From positions 44,607-108,606 of the IMG/VR virus record IMGVR_UViG_3300021399_000009: DNA of 64,000 nt. One strand, given 5' to 3'. Below, in pieces: positions 40,396-48,840 of this stretch. How positions within the stretch are numbered: position 1 is the first letter of the stretch; every line of letters starts with the position of its first letter. The DNA is from a virus (Duplodnaviria > Caudoviricetes). Below the pieces are notes generated by a model. That model was not told the origin of the DNA. It searched no databases and saw nothing but the letters and a program-made list of their open reading frames with translations. The position numbers were made by a program, and so were the translations under genes.

Positions 40396-42045
40396 TTAGT
40401 TTACAAATACAGAGCTTGCATATTCTTCATCAATTGATAAGTCTTTAGCAAATTTGTCAATATACCAAAGCATATATATTAAAGCAGACACCCTATCCTT
40501 ATCAACCTTTCTTGCAACTCTTTCAATTGTTATTCCACCATTAGACAGATGCTTCATTTTTAGATTTGCAGCTTCTTCAATGAAAGCATCCGTTTCAATA
40601 TAAGGTCTAATTAAATTTTCAGAATCGTCCCATTCGCTTTCAGTAAACTCTGTATCTATTTTTCTTTCCAATAGTTTTAATTTGCCACTTTCAACATAAT
40701 CAATAAAAGTAGTAACTATTTCATTTTGACATGACTGTGCTTTAAGGTTATATAGTATCTTAGGCGAATTTGGAATCTCAGGTTCATTATTATCATTAAT
40801 TGTGTCCCAGCACCCTAAACTTTCGCCCGTGACTGGGTCAATAGTTTCAGTTAGTAAAGCATCAATTAATCCAGCACCCAAACCGTTACCATCGCAAACA
40901 ACTATTTTTGCATTGTACTGTTTCTGGACTTGTTTTACTTTTATTGCTTGCTTGGTAAAATTATATATATTTGGCACATTAACAATATCCACTATCTCAA
41001 CTGCAATTATTCTTGAAGCATCAGAATTTCTTATTACCTTGCCAACTACAATTGAAGATTGATTGTTAGAAGTCTTTTGGCTTCGTGCAACATCGACACC
41101 CATAAAGATTTCGTCATCATCTGCGACCTTTACTGGTTTTAATAGAACTCTACAATTAAGCAATTTATTAATATTTACCAATGCCCCCTCAGAAGCTCCA
41201 ACCCATTCTTGCTCATAGTTCTGTGCGAAAGCTACCAATGACATATTCTTTTTCTTATTAAGTATCTGGCTCTTACTTGAACCACGACCATACCAACAAG
41301 GCAACATCCAATTAGAACCAAGAACAATTTTTCCTTTGAGTTGTTCCATTTCATCAACCATACTTACCAATCTAAGATATTCGTCACTACCTTTGAATCC
41401 AGCAGTTGTAAAGAAATGAATTTGTTGATTAAGTTCGCAAGGGTCAGGTATACCAAGTTTTCCTACTGTCAAACGAGGAACTTCAACAACAGGTGCAAGT
41501 GCATCCTCGAACAACGCATTATTAAGCAATGCAGATTCTTCTATTTTTAATCGAGTACGTCTTTGTCCCTTTGTGCTTTGTGCATTAGCAATTGCATCAA
41601 TCTCAGAACCATTTTTAAATTTAATATAAGCAATACCTCTTGAAAATTTAGGCTTGTCCTCTATCTCATTTAACAAAAGCGGATAGTGTTTTGTTATTTC
41701 GTTCCATTTAGCAGCCAAAAGGTCAGCGGCATTTTCTTTTGTTTGTGCTGAAATAGCAACAGTTATATTGGGATATAACATTGCAGCACAAACGCAGTCC
41801 AATACCTCATCATATGTTTTGGCATAGCCTCTTGAAAAATCTCCATACATACTAAAAAATCTCAAATCACACCTGAGAAAAATTCTTTGGTCAAGATGAA
41901 GATTGATGCCTCCCTTTGGAGGTTTAAGCATATCCAACATTAAATCAGGATAGAAACGAAAGAAGCTTATTAAATCATAATAATTCTCAATTCTTTTGCC
42001 AAAAGGAGTATCATCTACAAGAGCTTTAATTCTATCATTCGCCAT
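40396..42045 (-). CDS. Terminase large subunit
   Basis: Walker A SRGYAKT, Walker B KIEES, nuclease GVDVAR and KDRVSA. Confidence 0.92.
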   Translation of the reverse strand: MANDRIKALVDDTPFGKRIENYYDLISFFRFYPDLMLDMLKPPKGGINLHLDQRIFLRCDLRFFSMYGDFSRGYAKTYDEVLDCVCAAMLYPNITVAISAQTKENAADLLAAKWNEITKHYPLLLNEIEDKPKFSRGIAYIKFKNGSEIDAIANAQSTKGQRRTRLKIEESALLNNALFEDALAPVVEVPRLTVGKLGIPDPCELNQQIHFFTTAGFKGSDEYLRLVSMVDEMEQLKGKIVLGSNWMLPCWYGRGSSKSQILNKKKNMSLVAFAQNYEQEWVGASEGALVNINKLLNCRVLLKPVKVADDDEIFMGVDVARSQKTSNNQSSIVVGKVIRNSDASRIIAVEIVDIVNVPNIYNFTKQAIKVKQVQKQYNAKIVVCDGNGLGAGLIDALLTETIDPVTGESLGCWDTINDNNEPEIPNSPKILYNLKAQSCQNEIVTTFIDYVESGKLKLLERKIDTEFTESEWDDSENLIRPYIETDAFIEEAANLKMKHLSNGGITIERVARKVDKDRVSALIYMLWYIDKFAKDLSIDEEYASSVFVN

Positions 42046-43159
42046 CGGTATCACTTCCTACATTGTAGTCTTTCGGCAATTGAATAAATTTTTTTACAGC
42101 TTCTCGGTTTTTTTCAGAAGTATCATCTGTAAAGATACCATATGGGTCGCCATACTGTGCAATATATTCTTCTTTCTTTCTATCATAGAATTTATAAACT
42201 TCTTCATAATCAACTTCTGGTAAGCCTTTTAATTTACGGCAGAAATTAATATAGCACCAAATTATAAAATCTGGTGCATCGTTAGGAGCGTATTTGAATC
42301 TTGGTAATATCTCTATAATATCAGCAGCTTCTTCAACTGCTTTAGATATTTCGCTAATAGTAGTTATACCACCTTGTAAGTCAGCCTGTGTCAATTGTTT
42401 TGGGGTAAGCTTAGCTTTTTCAGCGGCATCCTGTGCCGCTTTATTCCATTTGTTTGCACTCTCCACATCTCCATTTGCTGTCGCTTCTTCTTCTCTTACT
42501 TTAAATCTAACATATGTTGCAAGAGCTTCTTCGTGAAGATTTGTTGTTAACTGATAGTTCTGCTTTAGCTTGTCATACTTTTTTTGCATTTTAGCATATT
42601 GACTTTTGGTATATCCTTCACCAAATCTATCAACAATATCTTCGGTTAAGTCAAAATCAATATTTTCATTAATAAAGACCGCTTCTTCTTTTCCTCTATT
42701 AGTTCTTTCTACAACAGAATAACGTACTGAATTTGAATTAGTTGGTTTATCTTCCTTGTAGTTTTCACCATCGGCAAATGTCATTTTAGAGTATGGGATT
42801 AAACTTGATATGTTTTTCATATATAGTCCAACCACATCTGTTCTAACAGCATTATCACTACAAGTTTTTTCTGATTCTTTTATCGCTATATCTAATATCC
42901 TTGGAACGAAAGGACGGTCAATCAGCATAAGCATATTTTTGAACGCATCAGCATTTATTGTTCCATCAGGATTTGTGGAGCAAATTTTGATGCAGTCTTT
43001 GCAAACATTAACTCTCTTGCCATCACTTGAAGTGAATGGATTTGAAGCAACATAGAAGCTACTCAACGGTAATTCTCTATTGCAATTAGTACAAGTCTTT
43101 CTTACAGTTGTCGTATTTTTTTTTGACTTTGAGCCTTTAGGTCTACCACGACCAGCCAT
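42035..43159 (-). CDS. Zn-finger protein upstream of TerL (YonG-like; terminase small subunit candidate)
   Basis: GRGRP AT-hook, CTNC...CKDC; overlaps the TerL start. Confidence 0.65.
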   Translation of the reverse strand: MAGRGRPKGSKSKKNTTTVRKTCTNCNRELPLSSFYVASNPFTSSDGKRVNVCKDCIKICSTNPDGTINADAFKNMLMLIDRPFVPRILDIAIKESEKTCSDNAVRTDVVGLYMKNISSLIPYSKMTFADGENYKEDKPTNSNSVRYSVVERTNRGKEEAVFINENIDFDLTEDIVDRFGEGYTKSQYAKMQKKYDKLKQNYQLTTNLHEEALATYVRFKVREEEATANGDVESANKWNKAAQDAAEKAKLTPKQLTQADLQGGITTISEISKAVEEAADIIEILPRFKYAPNDAPDFIIWCYINFCRKLKGLPEVDYEEVYKFYDRKKEEYIAQYGDPYGIFTDDTSEKNREAVKKFIQLPKDYNVGSDTDGE

Positions 43160-43171
43160 TTTTATTCCTCC

Positions 43172-43363
43172 TTATGTAGAGTGTTTCCCATAAAATCCAG
43201 TACATTTTACAACATAATTACCGTTACAATAATTTGTTGTCATGTCCCTGTTTGCATCCGTTTTGCATATAGGGCATTGTTCGTGCGGATTATATTCGCT
43301 AATCTTTTTCTCTACAGAAAATTTGTTGTCACAATTTGGACAAATATAATTATACTCAGGCAT
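43172..43363 (-). CDS. FmdB-family zinc-ribbon protein
   Basis: MPEYNYICPNC...CPIC...GFY. Confidence 0.8.
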   Translation of the reverse strand: MPEYNYICPNCDNKFSVEKKISEYNPHEQCPICKTDANRDMTTNYCNGNYVVKCTGFYGKHST

Positions 43364-43585
43364 TATTTCTCTCCTTCTATTTTTATGGTGCAACTTTTCA
43401 TATCTTTGCAATGATTAGTTACTAATAGGGGAGGTGAACTCCCCATAGGAGGAAATAAGTATTATGATGATGTCAGTAAATATAACTTGTGGCTTTGCAG
43501 GACTTGTCCCGAATACCTACTACTGCAAGTACAGCGGAGAGGCGGTTTTCATCTCTCGTAGAATCCTAAAATCCTACCCTCTATT

Positions 43586-43660
43586 TGGTGACGATTGCGA
43601 GAATTGAACTCAGCATTGCATCCTTGAAAGGGATGTGTCCTACCTTTAGACGAAACCGCC
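43586..43660 (-). tRNA. tRNA-Glu(UUC), CCA encoded
   Basis: Cloverleaf; loop CTTTCAA; U11:A24, U13.G22, 4-nt variable loop; one bulge in the T-stem. Confidence 0.88.
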
Positions 43661-43769
43661 ACATAGCTCTTTTTACACCGATTTACCATAAAGGTGGCTA
43701 AGCAACGTATTATCGGGAACGTTTACTCTAAAATAGAGCCTCGCACAGCGAGTAGAGCATAATGCTCGT

Positions 43770-43845
43770 TGGTCACGGAGACAGGATTTGAACCTGCGAG
43801 TGCCAGAATGAAAATCTGGTGAGTTAGCCACTTCTCCACTCCGTG
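43770..43845 (-). tRNA. Atypical tRNA with UUC (Glu) anticodon and His-like body
   Basis: CACGGAG/CTCCGTG acceptor, CCAGA-TTTTCAT-TCTGG, GCAGG-TTCAAAT-CCTGT, A73-CCA. Confidence 0.85.
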
Positions 43846-44095
43846 ATAATGCACTGGTTTGCTACTTGTCCGTAACCTACCAATGTGCAGGTTTGCCTTT
43901 CCACATTAGGTTGTGGCAACCATAAAAGTCCTTGCGTAGTCAGCTTGTAGGCATAACAGAGGCTTGCAAGGCTCATTGATTATTGATTATCAAAGCAAGC
44001 CTTGACAACCTTTCAACATCATAAAGTGCTCGTAAAGAGCTGTGTCTTAAAAGACCTACCGTGGTACGCTTGCAACAGAGGCGTGGTAGGTACGT

Positions 44096-44171
44096 TGGCG
44101 GTCACAGTAGGACTTGAACCTACGACAACTCGGTTAACAGCCGAGTGCTCTACCGACTGAGCTATATGACC
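44096..44171 (-). tRNA. tRNA-Asn(GUU), CCA encoded
   Basis: Canonical cloverleaf, CTCGG-CTGTTAA-CCGAG, G73. Confidence 0.95.
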
Positions 44172-44258
44172 ATCACCCCTTTCGGGGTGTACAGATATAT
44201 TTCACTTCCCTCTCTTTTGGGAAGAACTTTATTTTAGTCGACTATTGCCGACTTAAAG

Positions 44259-44693
44259 TCAAAATACATTCTCAAAAATCTGAGTTTTAATTTTAAACGG
44301 CACAACCTTTGCGTGTAAAGGTAAAACAAAATCCTTTGCACTATATTCCACAAAATACACACCGTCATCCACATACGCAGACTCGTCACTTAAAGCCTTT
44401 TCGCAAATCATTTCTCCGTCATCAAACAAGGTAATCAGCATATTGCCATCATACTGTTTGACTTCTTCAATTTCTTCATACGCTTCGTCCGCAAACTCAC
44501 GCTTCATAACAACACTTTTGCCATTAATGGTAAAAGTATTAAGCAACTGACACACGCCAAGTGCATCCTGCCAATTCACTATAAGAAAAACAGAACCGTT
44601 TTCCATTGCAGAACGTACAAATTCAGATATAAGTTCATTATACTCATTGTACTCTTTGCACATAGATTCTGATATGGTCATATCAATCACCAC
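44259..44693 (-). CDS. Acidic hypothetical protein
   Basis: Fills operon; follows the upstream stop. Confidence 0.7.
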   Translation of the reverse strand: MVIDMTISESMCKEYNEYNELISEFVRSAMENGSVFLIVNWQDALGVCQLLNTFTINGKSVVMKREFADEAYEEIEEVKQYDGNMLITLFDDGEMICEKALSDESAYVDDGVYFVEYSAKDFVLPLHAKVVPFKIKTQIFENVF

Positions 44694-44694
44694 C

Positions 44695-45891
44695 CTAATT
44701 TAATATTATTTTATAAGACTCTGTATGACCATAAAGTTCATCAAAGCCATAAATCTTTACAGCTCCTTTTGAACCAGTAAATAAACTATCCGAGTATGGG
44801 TCAGAACCAATAAACGATGGAGCTATTAAAACCTCGTAATCATGTGTAACCCCTTCTCCAACTGTAGTCTCTTTACCACCGTGATAATGCCCCATGAGAA
44901 CAGCATCAACATTTGAATTAATAAGGGTATTCAAATTACTAATTACACCCTCTGGGTTCTTTATTTGATGTCCGTGCAAAGCATAAACGTCAAACCCAAA
45001 TACATCTTCGATTTTTATATACTGTTTACCGTTGTCAGCAAGATTAACAGTTACTCTTGGATTGCTTGTAAGTATATCTTTAATATAGTTACCAATAACA
45101 TATTCCAAATCCTCAGTAGCTATTTCGCTCGCCTTGCTGTTTAAAGGTCTAATCTGAGTATGATTAGCAGTAGGAACGTGATAATAAGATATATCAGCAT
45201 ATTGAGAAAGCTCATTTAGAAACTGAGCAATTAATCTGCTATAATCAACAACCGCTTTAACAACAGCAGTATCGTTTATTGCAAGGTCAGACATTCTGAG
45301 AATACCCTGTAGGCTGTCCCCCAGAGAAGTTACAACCAGCTTGTTCACCCTTTTGTTTGTGATAAATGAAATTAATTTACCAGTTAAATATTCAAGTCTT
45401 TCCTTAAAAATATCTGGCGAATATGCATTTCGTTCACTTTCAAATGTAGCTCCATAATGCTGGTCGCTTATCGCAACCACATAGGTTATACCATTCTTTG
45501 TGTCACCACAATAGGGAACGAACTCTGGTACAGGCAAAGTCTGGCACAAAGAACCTATCTGCTCATAATAAAGTTCCTGTCTTGCTTCATTTCGGTCAAG
45601 ACGATTTCGCTCTAAGTTTGCAGTCTGTAACTTCATTCGTTCTTTGCGAAGCTCACGACTCTTAATTTCCAATTCCTTACAAGCATCATTGCTTGATGTG
45701 AATATATCCTTACAAGCAGAATACATTCTGTCGAAATATTGCCACGCCTTTCTAAAACAGCTCTCAGAATATTCAGTTCCGAAACGCTTATTAAGTATAT
45801 CAGCTACTTCGTTCCAATCTTTATAAAATTCTTTTTTAGAACAAACTTCATAGATAGCTCGAAGTTGCTCTTTAGTAAACTTGTCTTTTAT
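44695..45891 (-). CDS. Calcineurin-like metallophosphoesterase (YonJ-like), probable ATA start
   Basis: SDQH, LGD, ANH, HGH, GHYH motifs; frame open 55 codons upstream of ATG 45726 to GGAGG-7nt-ATA. Confidence 0.85.
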   Translation of the reverse strand: MKDKFTKEQLRAIYEVCSKKEFYKDWNEVADILNKRFGTEYSESCFRKAWQYFDRMYSACKDIFTSSNDACKELEIKSRELRKERMKLQTANLERNRLDRNEARQELYYEQIGSLCQTLPVPEFVPYCGDTKNGITYVVAISDQHYGATFESERNAYSPDIFKERLEYLTGKLISFITNKRVNKLVVTSLGDSLQGILRMSDLAINDTAVVKAVVDYSRLIAQFLNELSQYADISYYHVPTANHTQIRPLNSKASEIATEDLEYVIGNYIKDILTSNPRVTVNLADNGKQYIKIEDVFGFDVYALHGHQIKNPEGVISNLNTLINSNVDAVLMGHYHGGKETTVGEGVTHDYEVLIAPSFIGSDPYSDSLFTGSKGAVKIYGFDELYGHTESYKIILN

Positions 45892-45906
45892 AAAAATTCC
45901 TCCCCA

Positions 45907-46086
45907 TTATCTCTCTACAGTATTTGAAACACTGATTGTTACATCAGCACCATCAAAATGACTGAGAATAGATGCAAGTTCAACTGCCTGTCCATCTTCA
46001 AGTTCAACAACAATTATATTGTCATTAATACCAAGTATACCCTTTATGGTTATTGCGTTCTTTTCTACGATACTTGATTTCGCCAT
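45907..46086 (-). CDS. YonK-like small protein
   Basis: ITIKGIL...L..IL..FDG..VTISV pattern; upstream of the phosphoesterase as in SPbeta. Confidence 0.7.
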   Translation of the reverse strand: MAKSSIVEKNAITIKGILGINDNIIVVELEDGQAVELASILSHFDGADVTISVSNTVER

Positions 46087-46123
46087 ATTTATTTCTCTCC
46101 TTTTCCACATAATCGCATTTTTT

Positions 46124-47548
46124 TTAAAAACTTATCTTATCGCCCATTACTGGCGTGTGAACCTTTGCACTCCTATCTGCCTTACTTAAATTGTCACGAA
46201 GCATTTTTGCAAATTCCTGTTTGCCATTGCCCTCAGAATGAACAAGGTAAATTTTGTTATACTGTGCATTGGTATATCTCTGTAATAATTCACTTCTGCA
46301 AGCATGACTTGAAAATGATGTAAGCTGCATTATATTAGCTCTGCTTCTCACACGCTCACCATCTATTGTCACCCATTTTTTACTATGCTGAATTTGGTAG
46401 GCAACGCTATCTTCATCACCAGCGTAACCGCACAGCATCACACGAGCGTTCTCATTTGGCAATATAGATTTAAGCCAAGAAACTACTCGTCCGTTCTTTA
46501 AAAAATTTGATGTACTAATAATTACCTGAGAAGTTTTTAGCTTTTGCCACTCCTGAGATTCTTCGTAAGTATTAACCCACACGATGTTCTTCCATGCCGA
46601 CACTTTCTTCCACAGGTCATAATCTTTCTCTATAATCCCATCCCATAAGGCAGATATTTTCATACCAAGTGGTGCGTCAATTATTATGGGCGTTGCAAAC
46701 GTTTCATCATCGCCATATATCTTATACAGTGTTGTTAGAATATCCTGTAATCTATTGAGTGAGAACGAGCCAAATAAAACCTTTTGAGTGTCGTGTTGAC
46801 AGCACTGGTCGACCACACACTTTATTTTTTCAAGGTCTTTGTCTCTGTCTTTCTGCTTATGTGTCTTGTGACTACCACCATAAGTACACTCAGCCAGTAA
46901 TACATCACAGTAGGGGAGTCGTTCATACGGTAAGAGATAATCCTTTTTAATATCCGAACCTATATCGCCTGTAAACCCAAGTGTTTTAATTGTCTCTCCC
47001 AACCTAAATGTTAAATGCACTTGTGCTGCATTTATTATATGGCTTGCGTGGTAATACTTTATAGCAAGGTCATCAAATAAAAAAGTGGTCTTGCCAAATG
47101 GTAATTCAACTAAATGTTCAAGAGCAATTTCAATATCTTTCTGTGTGTATAATGGAGCTGTGTTGATTCCATATCGCCTTTCAAGTTTTATACAATCGCT
47201 CTCAAATATTTTAAGGCTATCTTCCCACATAACACGAGCAAGTGGTTTATTGCCTTTAGGAACATAAACACTACCACGATAACCACGAGCAAACAAGTAG
47301 GGGATAAGCCCACAATGGTCTGTATGAAAATGACTGATAACCACAGCATTAAGATTAGAAAAAGGAACTTTGTAATTTCTATGATTGACCTTGTACTGTT
47401 TGAGAATATCATCTCCACTTGTTTGATACAAGCCAGCATCTAATAAGATTTGTTTGTCGTTAAAAGTAATATAATACATTGAACCAGTTACACCATCTGC
47501 TGATTTGCCAACCATTTCAATTTTTACTTTATCGTTTTTCTTTGTCAT
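46124..47548 (-). CDS. Metallo-beta-lactamase/beta-CASP nuclease
   Basis: VTGS, LLDAG, SHFHTDH, SHI, FTGD, ECTYG, FSSHA, LVH. Confidence 0.9.
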   Translation of the reverse strand: MTKKNDKVKIEMVGKSADGVTGSMYYITFNDKQILLDAGLYQTSGDDILKQYKVNHRNYKVPFSNLNAVVISHFHTDHCGLIPYLFARGYRGSVYVPKGNKPLARVMWEDSLKIFESDCIKLERRYGINTAPLYTQKDIEIALEHLVELPFGKTTFLFDDLAIKYYHASHIINAAQVHLTFRLGETIKTLGFTGDIGSDIKKDYLLPYERLPYCDVLLAECTYGGSHKTHKQKDRDKDLEKIKCVVDQCCQHDTQKVLFGSFSLNRLQDILTTLYKIYGDDETFATPIIIDAPLGMKISALWDGIIEKDYDLWKKVSAWKNIVWVNTYEESQEWQKLKTSQVIISTSNFLKNGRVVSWLKSILPNENARVMLCGYAGDEDSVAYQIQHSKKWVTIDGERVRSRANIMQLTSFSSHACRSELLQRYTNAQYNKIYLVHSEGNGKQEFAKMLRDNLSKADRSAKVHTPVMGDKISF

Positions 47549-48282
47549 ACTTGTTCCTCACAGCCACAATTACATTCACCATCACTAATAAATGAAAAAA
47601 TAGTTTCAAGGTCAATATCCTTGCCTATAATACTATCAACCATGTTCATTTCAACAAGGTCATCTGCAAAGAACCAAGTGTCATGTGGCATTATCTCCGT
47701 AAGTTCCTTTACTGTAAACTTTGTTCTGGATGCAATTGCTTTATTATATCTCTCAGTAAGGCGAGGCGAGAATTTAGCCCAATCCTGTGCCTTAGTTGCA
47801 GTTGTCCACGGACAAAACTCATATCCATCATGAACCATAAATACAGCATCAGGAACAGACATTCTTTTATGACAAACTGCATAAATTCCAAACGCCATTG
47901 AAGCACAAAGCCCAAGACATACACCAGTAACGGGAGTAGTAGAGTTCTGAATAGTATTGACAAGTGCCATTCCAATCATCGTATTGCCACCGCAACAATT
48001 AACAATAAGAGTTATAGGTTTCCTTTTGTTAGTTGGTTTTCCGTAATCTTCTCCATTTATCTTGCATATTTGCATAATAATTGTACGAAGAATATCATCA
48101 TTAACCTCGCCATCAAGATAAAGAACTCTATCGTGCATATCTTCAATTTGAAGCCGTTCTGCAAGACCTATACTCATAACGGTTTGCATATCATATCCAG
48201 TATTCGGCTCACCATTGGCTGCTTCGAGTTCGTTACTTGTTTCTTCTATTTTTGTTTCTGGCTTCTTCTTTGCCATAGCCAT
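47545..48282 (-). CDS. clpP: ClpP-like protease
   Basis: RVLYL.G, GG, CASMA (Ser), MVHDG (His), DTWF (Asp). Confidence 0.82.
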   Translation of the reverse strand: MAMAKKKPETKIEETSNELEAANGEPNTGYDMQTVMSIGLAERLQIEDMHDRVLYLDGEVNDDILRTIIMQICKINGEDYGKPTNKRKPITLIVNCCGGNTMIGMALVNTIQNSTTPVTGVCLGLCASMAFGIYAVCHKRMSVPDAVFMVHDGYEFCPWTTATKAQDWAKFSPRLTERYNKAIASRTKFTVKELTEIMPHDTWFFADDLVEMNMVDSIIGKDIDLETIFSFISDGECNCGCEEQV

Positions 48283-48337
48283 TTCCACCTTTATAATTTG
48301 ATACGGTTATCCAACCGCCCTTTGAAAACAAAGGATA

Positions 48338-48541
48338 TTAACCAATTGTGCCGTAAGTTTCTTTTACAACTAAATTAGAATTAAACTCATTTATAAGTTC
48401 AATTATACTGGTATCTTCACAGGCGTAATAATTATGTCTTTTTGATTTCTGAGACATTGTTCGAGCAACAGGAAGTTCTACTCTGTTATCATTAAGTTTT
48501 TTTCTTATGTACTCAGCCTGTGCTTTGGTAACTTTAATCAT
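48338..48541 (-). CDS. Small basic protein, first gene of the late region
   Basis: MIKVTKAQAEYIRK...KRHNYY. Confidence 0.65.
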   Translation of the reverse strand: MIKVTKAQAEYIRKKLNDNRVELPVARTMSQKSKRHNYYACEDTSIIELINEFNSNLVVKETYGTIG

Positions 48542-48580
48542 TTTTTTATTCACTACTTTCAAAATTATTTACCACATCTA

Positions 48581-48609
48581 TTGACTTTACAACTACTATG
48601 TGATATGAT
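48581..48609 (+). promoter_or_regulatory. Sigma-A-like promoter facing the RNAP gene 3' end
   Basis: TTGACT-17-TATGAT with TG extended -10. Confidence 0.55.
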
Positions 48610-48840
48610 ATAAAGGGGGGAGTGTATCTCTTTTTTGTATTCTGTAAAAAAGAGAACAAGAGGGGATTAACCCCTCTCGCCAGAGATAAAACTATATCTC
48701 TGATTATACCCGTAACAGATTTTATTCTCTCTGTCATAGGTAGGTTTTTCTTTTTGAAAACAAATAACGTATTATAGCCAAATTCTTAATGTTGCAATGT
48801 AAAAATCGTATAACGTTTTCAAAAAATTCCTGTCCACAAC

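Noticed and set aside
43586-43845. Reading the TTTCA loops as UCA suppressor/Sec tRNAs, or a recoded genome
   Set aside because: Seven-nt loops place UUC at 34-36; genes are intact in code 11
43500-44095. Theta (HDV-like) ribozymes at tRNA 3' ends
   Set aside because: Could not build the nested double pseudoknot; CCA ends are encoded
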